This document shows positions 48,001 through 60,900 of a DNA stretch of 64,000 nt, in pieces. The notes under the pieces were generated by a model. The model worked only from the letters and a program-made list of their open reading frames with translations, did not search any database and had not been told where the DNA came from. Within the stretch, counting starts at the first letter, position 1. The number at the start of each line of letters is the position of its first letter. The stretch is taken from contig JAQGDQ010000259.1 of the NCBI GenBank assembly GCA_030141605.1, forward strand, positions 1 through 64,000, in the 5' to 3' direction. The position numbers and the translations under genes are program-made. The DNA comes from Tubiluchus corallicola. Lineage: Eukaryota > Animalia > Priapulida.

Positions 48001-51000
48001 TGAATAATTTGGTGATGTTGTTAAATGTATGTGTCTGCGTGTGTGTGGGGTGTGTGGGTGTGAGTGTGTGTGCGTGTGTGCACGTGCATGTACATGCACA
48101 TGTGCACGCGTGTGTTTGATGGTGTTCATGTTGATCTCAAAACACTCACTTAACTAATCAAGTATATACATGTAATTTAATCGCACTTTTTGTAAATTTT
48201 GTTAAAATTATTTTCCCATTGTTTTACCGTTAGTCTAAATATGTCATCGTATAATATGTATGCACATAAATAAATCTAAAAAATTTCTATAATTTCAAAA
48301 TGCCATAATGTTTTAATGTTATTATGCCATATTACTAATGGCTACAAAAAAAATTTAATTTTACTTTACAGATTTGGTCGTGTTATACCAATATCATTCT
48401 TTCACTTACTGGCCGGAATTCCAATGTTGGCAAGATTTTTTGTTCAAGAGTACGCAGGTCAGAATGTGATCTTTAAAGTTGATTTTATTCACATATCGTT
48501 ATACAAAACAGTTTTACGTGTCGCAACTGTGTAAACGTTTAAAAGTATAAAATAAGGAAAGATTGTTTTACGTTTTCTTTCTAAATTCTAGATAATTTTT
48601 TATCCGTTACAGAAAAAGATCTTGGTTGGCTGGACACTACATTGACCATGATAGGAAAGATGGGGATTACGGCATCGTGGGCTTGTGTGTATTTATACAC
48701 AACAGAACTTTACCCTACCGTTGTCAGGTTCGTATATCTTAAGTGTCTTATAGCTACAGGCTTATGAGTTATGAAAGTTCTTCACATTCATGTAACATTC
48801 TATTTCTTTAATAAAATATTGTGAAACGTTTAGATTAACTTTTGTTATGACATTTTACAGGAATATGGGCGTAGGCATGTCCTCGGCTTTAGGAAGAATC
48901 GGCGCTATGATAGCTCCATTGACCATACACCTTGTAAGTACCAAAATAGTAACAAAAACGAAAAACATTTTCAATTAATACAGAATTACCGTGTAGCTGA
49001 ACATATTTAAACTTTAGAATACACTTTGTAAGTACCAAAATAGTAACAAAAACGAAAAACATTTTCAATTAATACAGAATTATCGTGTAGCTGAACATAT
49101 TTAAACTTTAGAATACACTTTGTAAGTACCAAAATAGTAACAAAAACGAAAAACATTTTCAATTAATACAGAATTACCGTGTAGCTGAACATATTTAAAC
49201 TTTAGAATACACTTTATAAGTACCAAAATAGTAACAAAAACGAAAAACATTTTCAATTAATACAGAATTACCGTGTAGCTGAACATATTTAAACTTTAGA
49301 ATACACTTTGTAAGTACCAAAATAGTAACAAAAACGAAAAACATTTTCAGTTAATACAGAATTACCGTGTAGCTGAACATATTTAAACTTTAGAATGTTC
49401 TTTCTATTTACGACCAACTAGAAATTTTTAAGGAGAATCAATTACCAAGGCAAAATCAATAGTACACCAATTGTATCTTTTAAAATTTCTGGAATCGCTT
49501 ACGGCACAAATTGATCTACTTTCTCCGTAACACCAGTGCCGGGATTCATTAAAATGTTCGTAAGAAACTTCGTAAAACTTTAATGAATCCATCACCACTA
49601 GTCCAAAAAAACTCGGCAAACGTTGAAAAAGCAATAGTAAATAGACAATTTTTTTATTTCATGATGAAGCCATATAAATAAGAGTACAACAAAAAGACAC
49701 GCCAGTAATAAATACACAAAAATTATGCCCAAAAGTATAATCACAAAGATACACAATGTAAAATGAATAAATGATTTTGCTAAAAATTCTACTTGTGAAA
49801 TGAGGACAGTCGGGACAATTGATAATAATTATTGCTTGCTTGAGTGCACGTCAGACTTTAGATCACGGCGTAAGATCTTGCCCAAACAATATTACTTTGT
49901 GACACATGCTCGTTGGTTAGATAGACAAATAAATAAAATTTAAACAATGGGACGAATAATGCAATGCGTAAAGCTAGCAGGTCGGTGAGTAATGAGTAGG
50001 CTTGATGTTAGCTGTGTGACACTCAACGACGTTCAAACTTCTTTAAGACATCTGGCTGAACTTCTTGAAAAAGGTTTTCGAAGCTTTGCAATTCTTGACA
50101 CATCGCTGAAAAAATCAACATAAATCCTTGTAATGGCTGGCACTTTGCTTCCATCAACCAGGTGAACCCTTTCAGCTGTTCTCCTATAAACATTGCACCA
50201 ATTTATAAATATCTATTTTCCACTTTTATTTTGATATATTAGTGCTGCACTGTGCTGTGCTTTGCTATGCAGTGCTCTGCCATGCTACACTATACTACGC
50301 TGTGTTGTGTCGTGTCGTTTGTATCGTACAGTGCTGTGTTATGCTACGTTACGTTACGTTATGTTACGTTCTGTTTGTTCTGTTTGTTCTGTTCTGTTCT
50401 GTTCTGTTCTGTTCTGTGCTGTGCTGTGCTGTGCTGTGCTGTGCTGTGCTGTGCTGTGCTGTGCTGTGCTGTGCTGTGCTGTTCTGTGCTGCTCTGCTCT
50501 GCTCTGCTCTGCTCTGCTCTGCTCTGCTCTGCTCTGCTCTGCTCTGCTCTGCTCTGCTCTGCTCTGCTCTGCTGCAAATGTAATGCAAAATTTTAACTGT
50601 ATATCAATGTTTCGTTTTATAATTGAAAAGTTGAAAAGTAGAACACAATGTACTTTCAAATTTAAATAAATCAAGAAGATTTTTTTAAACTTCTAATGAT
50701 GCACTTGCTATTTGTCTAACCAACTACCCTATCTATTTTTCAGCAAGAAAGAATGCCTGCTTTGCAACCAGTCTTATTTGGAGGGTTAGCAATTGCCGCT
50801 GCTTGTGTAATACCGTTCTTTCCGGATACGGCCGGCCGGAAACTGCCGGAAACGTTGGATGAGTGGACCAAGTGGCAAAGAGGAGAACTAGACTTGACTG
50901 AAAACCAAACAGAGAAGAGCCGCAGTAGAGCAACAGAGCTATACACTTTCCCGCTTTCAAATGACATTAGTGATAGTCCTGTAGATTACAATGAGCATAT

Positions 51001-51004
51001 GTAA
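39041..51004 (+). CDS. SLC22-family organic cation transporter (MFS, Orct-like), 582 aa, 10 exons
   Basis: Exons 39041-39289, 43368-43511, 44030-44266, 44790-44986, 45719-45970, 47714-47848, 48372-48457, 48613-48727, 48861-48933, 50744-51004 (1749 nt, in frame). Motifs TTVTEYDLVCD, SDIFGRK, RDWR, PESPHWL, RAAKINR, VYYG, VEIPA, ELYPTVVRN.G.G, RIGAMIAP, LPETL. Confidence 0.95.
40211..40405. mobile_element. short MITE
   Basis: TIRs CAGCGGCGTTTATCTAG ... CTAGGTAAACGCCACTT. Confidence 0.65.
41270..41385 (+). mobile_element. 3' fragment of the SINE at 24612
   Basis: AATAGTCTCTGTTAT..TTATTTACAG..TGAGCT.ATG.TAATTGT..TTTAAATAAAGATTATTATTA shared with 24760-24877. Confidence 0.7.
46860..47392 (-). 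mobile_element. L2-clade LINE 3' fragment
   Basis: - strand ITPVLMELHWFPIKQRIIFKLL ... GERAFASVTPREWNKLP ... FK, then a tail GCGCTTTACAAATAAATTATCATT. Confidence 0.8.
48925..49397. repeat. 94-bp x5 minisatellite beginning at the SLC22 exon 9 splice donor
   Basis: Units start with GTAAGTACCAAAATAG at 48934, 49028, 49122, 49216 (ATAAG variant) and 49310; near identical. Confidence 0.95.
50243..50575. repeat. pentamer microsatellite (TGTGC)n/(TCTGC)n/(TGTTC)n
   Basis: Graded 5-mer array in the last SLC22 intron. Confidence 0.95.
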
Positions 51005-52769
51005 AATAAATGTTTAAACCTTGTATGAAAGCATTTAATATAGTACATGTATGTAAAAATGTCTAAGCTATTTGTTGTGCCATATTAAAATGTTTTGCCA
51101 GAAATTCAAATAACTCCAGACAAATAAAAGGCTTCTGACTTGTTAATCAATCTTTAAAATTAACTAAACCTTTCTTAATCTTTCATAGTCATGTACCTTT
51201 CCATTCGCTAGGTCCAACGTTGCGATCTTTTTGCCAAGATCTATTGCGATTTCAAAATCGTGGATAATCGTGATTATCCGAATTGTGGACCGTAGTGCTT
51301 CGTAATTATGTGTGGCCATTCTTGGATGGTCGACATGGGAGCAAAGGTTTTAGTCTTTTGTTTTGTTATACATGTTCTACGTTGTTTGTGTGTTGCGTTT
51401 TTACCTATATTGTTATAAATGTAAGTCGCTACATAGTCAGTAGTGCTGACGTTATCTGTTAAAGCAAAACCTGGACCCATTGTTAAACTGCATGTATAAC
51501 AACTACACACGTTCGACAGCTCATGCGTGAGGTCAGCGGTAAATTTGAAATTGAATTTTTATCTTAAAACATGCCTAGTTTTAATAGTAGTAATAGAATT
51601 TTCATTGTCATTATAACCAACAAAATACAACACACTAAATATCTTACAGTAGCACTGTACTTCATTTTTCGCTTTCGCAAACACGTACAACATGTTCGCA
51701 GAATATTTTTGCTGTTGAAAATTATGTTAGTTTGTGATGCCATCAATAGTTGGGCTCGCCCGCAGTTAATTAAGATTTTAATCAATTATTTATTTATCAG
51801 AAACTCTTTTGCAGTATCAATTGTGTTAAAATGTATACTTTTTATCGGACTTGAAAATGGGGTAGTATATGAAAAATCATCCTGTCTCCCTTTAAACGAA
51901 CCAGTAAATAAATTTTGCCTTTGTCTTTGTCTAGCTTTGTCTTTCTCTTTAAACTGTTTAAAATTCTCGCACTATATCGTGCGATTTCTCGCATTATGCC
52001 AAACCGTATTAAATCGCATGGAGCGTTTTTGTATTCGTAAATATTCGGGGTTGCTCTTTGTACAAAAAGTATCATATTTCTCTTCCGTATTTCTCTGTCA
52101 ATCTGCTCCTTATGACTGTCATATGCAGGAGAACCTATATGAACCAGCCTGATGTAATATTGATGCTAAATATCAAAATACATTAAGCTAATAAAGCCGA
52201 AAATAACTCGGCTATTGCTTGTCCTGAGGAGAAAGGACGAACACGAAGAGGACAGAAAATAAGGTGGTGCGTAAGGCCGTCTATGTTATTGAACTGAAAG
52301 GTTAGGTTCAAGTCATGTATGATGCATTCTTGTTCGCAATCTAGGCATGGCGACCATGGGAAATATTCAACAAGCAGGACTTTCTAAGTCCCACAGTTCT
52401 TCCTTAGCCACACGGCTCGAGAGTCACGAGGTTCCGGAAATTCTCTTTGCGGAAAGTGATGGTTTTTAAATTTTTTATAACAAGAACAATATTCGTGTCA
52501 TAACAATCCAAGCAATAAATTTTATTACATTTTTATTAAGAAAAATCAACGTTTTCGTTACATATCGTTCAATTCAGGAAGCAAAAAAAGGAATAAAAAA
52601 GTGACTTGTAAGGTCTCATTGTGCCTTTGTTTTTGCCTATTTTCAATTTTTACAAGTATTTGAAAATCCAACTAAGCACTGACACACATTTTCAAGATAG
52701 CCCTTGAAATTTTTAAGGAGAAAACAATTGCTGACAAATTTAAACAAAAGTCTAGTGCGAATTTTTACC

Positions 52770-53340
52770 GATATTTATTTATTTATTTATTTATTGAATC
52801 ATTAAGGAAAGAAATTACAAAAAAAAAACAAAGAAAAACGACTTTAAAAACTTTATACATCTAAATAAAGAAACCACATAAGTGGTATAATGGTTTCAGC
52901 ACAAAAAACTGATACTTCAGAGCAACATAAATATATTATAAACTTTTAAGTAATACACATTATTAAAATAATACACATGTATTACAGTTAGTCGGTTAAT
53001 CAAGCTTGCACTGAATTATCTCAGTCGGTCCTATTTTCAAATATTTTGTGGACCAATTTAGCATTAATTTTAATAACTTCTACATCTTGTGATGCATTTA
53101 AAAACACGAACTTCTCATTGGGAGACGTATAATGAAAGTTGGGTCAAAAACCAGAAAGGATACCAAAACATTCCTCTCTTACATGAGCGTACAGTGTACA
53201 TTCAGTAATTAAATACAATTCATCCTCTACTTTGTTCAAACAACAATTTTTACATATTCGTTTTTCTACAGGTACTTTTTTCAGCTTATTATATCTACCG
53301 ATTTCAATTGCTAATTTATGAGCACTAATATCATCTGCTA
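52770..53340 (-). mobile_element. non-LTR retrotransposon ORF2 C-terminal fragment (RTEX-like)
   Basis: ISAHKLAIEIGRY..RICKNC..VEDE.YL..ECTLY..VR Cys-rich C-terminal motif; (ATTT)n tail at ~52772-52795. Clade assignment from memory. Confidence 0.75.
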
Positions 53341-54847
53341 ACATAAAAACGATAACTCTAGTGTTATTACCTATTCGCGATAGACGTCGCATTTTCAACA
53401 TCGGCTTGGCTTTCGTAACAATTTGGTAACACACGCGCCACAAGATGTTTAGTAGAAACTGCACCACGCAACTAAGACGTCACAAGATGTTTTATAGAAG
53501 TTGACTGCTCCATATATACATTTTGATAAGATTAAGTTTATTAGGGAGAATTGGAGTAGATCCTTGATTCTCTTCAGTCAAGCAAATGTTGCCTCACAAT
53601 GGGCTTATCCTTTAAACTATCAGCCACTTACTGTTGTAAGTCACAGGTGCATCGTACAGCTAGCTGTAACTGAAGAACCACAGAATAGGTAATGCATGTA
53701 CTTGTAAACTATGATCTACACATTCTACACCAGATGAATCCAGCTGTAACAGTATATGGCGCCCGTTTGTGACACTAGACAGACAGGTTAGAGTCGATCT
53801 CCGAACTCAACCTTTTAATTTTAAAATACTGTAGTTTTAGCCTAGACAATAGCGCTACGGCATTCAGTAAGAAATGGAATAAGTTACTAGAAACAAGAGC
53901 GATAGGTATCAGCCGACCTGCGAACCCGACTTTATTTCTCTTATTAATCTATAACTGTATGCGTAAACTGAGTAAAATGCCAGTAGAATTTTCACTGTCA
54001 AGTAGTTTCACTCATGACTCTAAAGTACTTCTCAAGATAAAACTGAAATTCAAGCAGCGTAACCAGTTGATTGATTTTTTTTAAATGTTACATCAAAAAC
54101 TCAACTCAGAGGACAAAATCGTGCAAGTTGGCATAAAATTAAATTGATAGGCTTCAAGTTTTTGAACCGCTTAATATACCGACCAAGATGCGGTAAAAAC
54201 GGTTTGTTGAAGTTTACACTACAACATTATATGTTCACTCCTGTGCGTTTATCATAAGAGTAAGTATTTAGGATCCCAACTGTGGTAGAGAAAAAAGAGG
54301 AAGAGAGAGTGAACAAACAAACAGAGCAAAAAAGGCAGAGAGAGAAGGAGAGAGAGCAGAAAGGAGAGATAGGTGGTGTGGGGAACAAAGACAGAACGGG
54401 AGAGAACGAATGAGAGAAAGAGAAAAAAGAGAAAAAGGACTGAACGAGTGAAAGACGAGAGATAAATAACGTGAATACTGTAAAGGCATATTAAAGCGCT
54501 TATTTCAGCAATGATTTCATGTTAGTTGTAGTGGTGTTATGTATTACGTCTGAAATAAACGACAAAGCTTTATTAGCTCAAATAAAATTGAAGTGTGTAA
54601 CGCAATTTATTCGTAATCAAAGCACGCGCGTGTCTTATTCGTCAAACAGTGACGTATATACACGCGTGACTTACCTATTTCCAACGCTGTGAATAAAATT
54701 TGGAAAGCGTTATCTCATTTATTCACTGTGAAATTATCTGTTTACGTCTCAAGTAAACTTTGAAATTTTCTTTTTTAAAAATCAATGAAAAGTATGCAAG
54801 GAGCAAAACAAACATTTTAGCATAAAACAATAACAAAATAAAAAGAA

Positions 54848-55560
<713 letters not shown>

Positions 55561-56213
55561 ACTAAAAGTACTAGTAGTAATAAAATAATTGTTTTATTGT
55601 CAAAATTTTACAGAAAAGTGGCACTTTTTGACAGACTTAAAAAAATAAAACAAGATCAACAAAATAACGTAAGTATTATTTCTTATACGTTTGAAATTAA
55701 CGTATAAATCTTGGTTTCAGCCAAACCATTTATTTCAAACGGTAATACGTTGAAGATTAGTTTTCCTTATACTTTGGATTTTGCGAGAGCTTTGTGACTG
55801 AGTTTACTGATCTACTGATCTCATATACCGATATACTGATATACTCTCATATACATGATCTGATATATACTGATCTCAAAACATATGATTTTACTTGCCC
55901 ACCATTATCATCCATCTTATTCCAATAATTATTCATACTGATTAAATACATTTGAATTTTATAATAGGCCTATAAAAAATACAGTGCCAAGCCACTAGAA
56001 CTAAATTCTGTAAATACAAGGGCAGTGCTTTTTAGGACTCTTATAGTCGTAGCCTGGCCTCACACATTTTCTTCTATAAAAATAGCTTCATTATTGGCTA
56101 ATTTGTATTGCACTGCATGTGTGAAAAAGTACTTCTTATGTCTCATTCTGTTTGGGCAATGAACTATGAATTGAGGTGAAGACTAATGCAGGCTGTTTAT
56201 GACTCGGTATTTT

Positions 56214-56733
56214 ACAAATTGTAAAATGAACTGAACTGAACTGAAGCACTGCACGTCAGCGTCATACTTATTGCCCCTAACCCGTATTGCTGGATGATGA
56301 TCGAAAATCTTTGAGAGGTGAGGTTTCGACGCTACATGAAAAAAGGAAGTCACGTGTTCGAGAAACCATAATAATATTGTAATGCGTTGTTATTTATTTA
56401 CAGACGATTTTTCAATACCAGACACCAGTATAAGTTATGGTTTTGCAGAGGACAGTCACCTAGTTTACTGTAACAAATTGTAAAATGAACTGAACTGAAC
56501 TGAAGCACTGCACGTCAGCGTCATACTTATTGCCCCTAACCCGTATTGCTGGATGATGATCGAAAATCTTTGAGAGGTGAGGTTTCGACGCTACATGAAA
56601 AAAGGAAGTCACGTGTTCGAGAAACCATAATAATATTGTAATGCGTTGTTATTTATTTACAGACGATTTTTCAATACCAGACACCAGTATAAGTTATGGT
56701 TTTGCAGAGGACAGTCACCTAGTTTACTGTAAC
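56214..56733. repeat. perfect 259-bp tandem duplication just upstream of gene 4 (putative promoter / non-coding first exon)
   Basis: 56214-56472 equals 56473-56731 by eye; each copy has GCACGTCAGCGTCA, AG|GTGAG (56318, 56577) and GGAAGTCACGTG. Confidence 0.93.
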
Positions 56734-56798
56734 CACTGAGCTGCGATATGACGCTGTCTATTTTTGACTGATTACTAGTTTTCTAGGATCTACGAAAC

Positions 56799-57878
56799 AT
56801 GCCTGCAGTAAATTCTAGAAGTTTTGTTGTTTTTGGAATGTTGTTATCATTGCAAGCAGGTCAGTATGACCTTGTTCATCATTGTATGTTTCTGTTATTC
56901 GAAACTGTCAAATTAGTGCGTGCTGGAAATGTTAGCGAATTTAAGTAACCACTGGTTGTTTGCAACAGTGTGTCGGCATTATTTCATGGTAAACACGGAA
57001 TTTATAAAACTGTGAAGTTGAAACTTTATAAAAAAGCAACTGGCAATGCTCTAGTAAAATTAGTGCTCCCGTTTTTTACACTTAAGCTACTACACTTAGA
57101 CTACTTATCCACAGATGCAGCAACTACTGGTAATGTTATTAATACTATACTATAGTGCATCAGCTGGCAATGTGCCTTACTGTAAAGTGAAGCCATAAAC
57201 TTCTATCAATCTTTAACCTGTATAATTCGCTTGGACAGCATCATTGCAAAGATAGCATTTGAAAAACAAGTTAAAGTTTTTGAAGCTCAATTCTCAAAAT
57301 TTTAGCTCACATTTTTTACCGATTTACAGTATGTTATTGTCAGAAGATTGACAATAATAATAACAAACATTTCATACAGATTTTCACTATTTTGAGTTTA
57401 GAATTTTTGCTAAAAGGATAAGCAGTTAAACTTTGAGTAAAATTTTTGGGTACATTGAGCAAAAAATGGTAGCATTATTACTGCAACTGAGGATATTAGA
57501 AATTTCCCAAATTTCTCTCAAGTCTAATCTTTGATTGGAATTTGACCACATTAGACATTTCCAGCTGTAAGTCTTAGCCAGTAATTTTTTTCTTTTTTTT
57601 GTGTTTCTGAAAATTTCTAATTGGTTCACGTGCGTCAATCTTATGCTTTTATTGTTTCAATTTTTTATATTGATTTTTTACGTTTTAGTGTTATCAATGC
57701 CACCTATCCCAGAGAAAGAATGTAAGTCTTGGAAAGGAATATCAGGAATCTTGGAGAATAAATTTACTATGAGTTTGTTGAACTGTACTCGCAATAGCTT
57801 GTGTACAGGTGTATCGTGCACAGGATCATTTTTGGTATGGATAAAAATGCAACTTGTAATCTTTTAATTTTATTTGTA

Positions 57879-57930
<52 letters not shown>

Positions 57931-60900
57931 TTTATTTTATATTTAAGTAGGGTTATCATTATACGAACATTTAAAGCTTTCCACACAATACAAATAAGCC
58001 TCAATTTAATCAGTTAATGTTATGTAAACATGATTATGTAATCATAAAAGACATGACTAAAAATAGCTACTGACATATGAAAATGTTTGTCTGCACTTTA
58101 TAAGAATTTAAAAAAACGAATTAGATATTGTTGTATTTATTATAGAACACTTTTAAAGCTGAACAAGTCTCCCCTATGAGTCAAAATGTGCCGAAGTTTT
58201 TATAAGAACATTATTTTATCTTTCTGATACATATTGAAATAAATTTTCACTTACTAACTTTACCCATTTCACTGCTTGTACCCAAAATTAACGAAGCTCT
58301 CTGGGTGGGAAAAAACAACTTTAAGACTGGCACAGGGGATAGAATACCAAAAAAGTAAAACTGTTACACTTGCATCAGTTACACAATGAAAGAAAATGGT
58401 ATACATTCCAAGTCACACATGTTTGCCCACATAAAGCCCACATGTGTCATTTTGAACAGAACAATGGGTACCTAGTGCTCCAAATATTTAAATTATGAAC
58501 ATTGAATAGCATTGCTACTAACACTTTATCCCTCAGAGAGATGAACCATGCAAAAATAAGGAAATGCTAAAACCAATTTACTGTTAAACAATTTGAGATT
58601 TTTGCTGATAATTTTATGATGATAACAATAACAATACTGTTTCACATTTTCTATTAATTATTACTTTTAGAATTCTCCGTTTATTGCTGCCGGAGAGTTA
58701 TTTTCTTGCAGTCAACCAGTCAAATTGTATCTGAGTGCTCACTCGGAAGGACTGCATGTTTTCAATGAATCGAAAAATTTCACTGATGGAGAATCTGTTG
58801 CTATTCCAGGTAGCTGCTTTTAAATATTAACTATCAGTATTATTAACTGTTGTTAACAGAAATGACAATTTGCTTAGCAAGTTGAGTTTATTTTGCTGTT
58901 ATCACTTCAACTTAAAAAAAATTTAACAAAGAAATTTGCAAAAAACTGTCAATAAATAAATAAATAATGTAATTAATTTATACTACTGCTGCACCAAAAT
59001 ATTCAGATACGGTGGTAACCGCCATCCACTTGAAAATTATTGTGCCTGTTCGTAAATGCATCGTGGCTTTCCATAAGTGCATGCTGCACTTGCTAATTTC
59101 AAAACATCTGCTGCTTACCTAATGTGTTTGTGCAAAATATCACAAAATTAGCTAGCTAATTTTTTGTAAAGATTTTTATACTTTTCATAGAAATTGACAT
59201 TGCGCTACTTTTCTTTAGCCGACTTTAGTCATTAGTCAAAAATGGGCATGCAAAATTGATGGCCAAAGCGTGAAATGATCACGACTTTAAACTGATTTTA
59301 CTAATTAGATGAGACATTTATCACACTTTTACTATTAAATCCTTCTAACATTTTTTCCAAAAATTGAAATAAGCCTAGAAGTCTTAGCCTTTCCTTTAAT
59401 GAATGAAATACTAACTAACTGTTAATGAACTAAAACTGTACAAATAAAGTTGTTATACACACGCACGCACACACACACAGACACACACACATTATATGGG
59501 TTACAAATGAAAAGATGTGTAAGTAAATAATTATAAAAATATGCATATGGTAGAATATTCAATGTAGCTTTGTCACTAAATGATATAAAAAGATCACATT
59601 ATTTATTACACTGTTGTTTTGGAATGTTATATAATATAGCATTTAGTATTTGCTTACCAACCTACAACAGTTGTTTTCAGAACATGTTCTTGTATTGATA
59701 TGTGTCATTTTTATATTTTTTGTTAAACTAATTGCTTATATACTGGCTTTACCTAATGGGGAGTTACTAATCAAGGAGTCTGCAGGTACTGGATTGTACT
59801 TTACCATCAGTTTTCATGAATTGACAGGTTTAACGGTTGATCTACCACTGGGTAAAGTTGAAGGTTGGGTAGAAGTGCATTTGAAGAAGGTACAAAATAT
59901 TGTGCTCATAACTGTCGTAGGCAAAGCTCGTCGAGTTAATCCAAGAGGTGAGAAAGAAGATCGTTTTCCGAAAGCATTACAGTTCGATGTTTTGAGAAAT
60001 TATAAGCTGGAAGTTCCTGATTGCTCTTTGCCGCCCATCCCGACACCGAGTACAGCTATGACAACTCCTGAGAGTCCAATTGGCTCTGGTAAGTAATTTG
60101 TAATAAGAGATTTATTTTTGATGGTTAGATTATTTTTTATTATTATTTATCCATTTTAAACTTGTCGGGATTAGAGAGGGCAGCTTTAAGTTTTTCATGT
60201 TTCAGAGTTCTAGCCACCGTGCACTAAACACGACAAAACAGTTTGCTACTTCTAGGTTTATTGACTTAACAGAACTATATGTGCGCTTGCAAACCAAAAC
60301 CGTTCATAAGTCGGCATAGTTATAACTATATTGTAATGCTTCAAAGTAGAATGCACCAAACTGGGTCAAATGTCAATTTTTTGTTTTTTCGTAAGACAAA
60401 CGCTAAATATATTCAGGACCGGATTTTGATTTTGTAAGCCTCTGGGCTACAAATACTGTGACGCCCCAGCCACTAGTGACCATTAACAAAAGCATGAATG
60501 TTGGATTCTTCAAATCAGATTATTAACTTCTACAGCATAATGCCAACATTAGGTCCACTGGCCAACATAGATGTGTGCAAGTCTCTTAGTCTAACACAGC
60601 AAAAAGAGAAGAGATATTTTGATATTAAAACAAGTTTTTGAAATACTAAATATAATACATACAAATTACAATAAATTAATTACTGGTTTTTTAACATATA
60701 TCATAAAATATACTGTTACCAGTACTAATTAACTTTTAGTCACCAGCTGGCTCTTTGAAGCTACAGTACTGTAAATCTATGGATTTGTGCTGTAACTAGA
60801 AACATTTTTCCTTAATAATGAATTGAATGAGTACCAGTGAGTTGGAATAATGCATAAAAAAATAATTCCAATGTATTATCATGTAATATATTAATTAATT

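Noticed and set aside
48925-49397. Regularly spaced repeats suggestive of a CRISPR array
   Set aside because: Head-to-tail near-identical units with no unique spacers, no cas genes, eukaryotic intron context.
50242-50674. Cys-rich CCAVL/CSALL ORFs resembling metallothionein or keratin-associated proteins
   Set aside because: A pentamer repeat is open in all frames; it lies within an SLC22 intron.
51571-52152. 193-aa ORF downstream of SLC22
   Set aside because: No recognisable domain, AT-biased composition, no splice or signal support; probably repeat-derived chance ORF.
56293-56400. Box C-like ATGATGA suggesting a C/D snoRNA
   Set aside because: No suitably placed CTGA box D or terminal stem.
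59650-59827. 5' part of the 148-aa ORF with a hydrophobic stretch
   Set aside because: Upstream of the AG acceptor at 59827 and probably intronic; an alternative in-frame acceptor at 59785 cannot be excluded.
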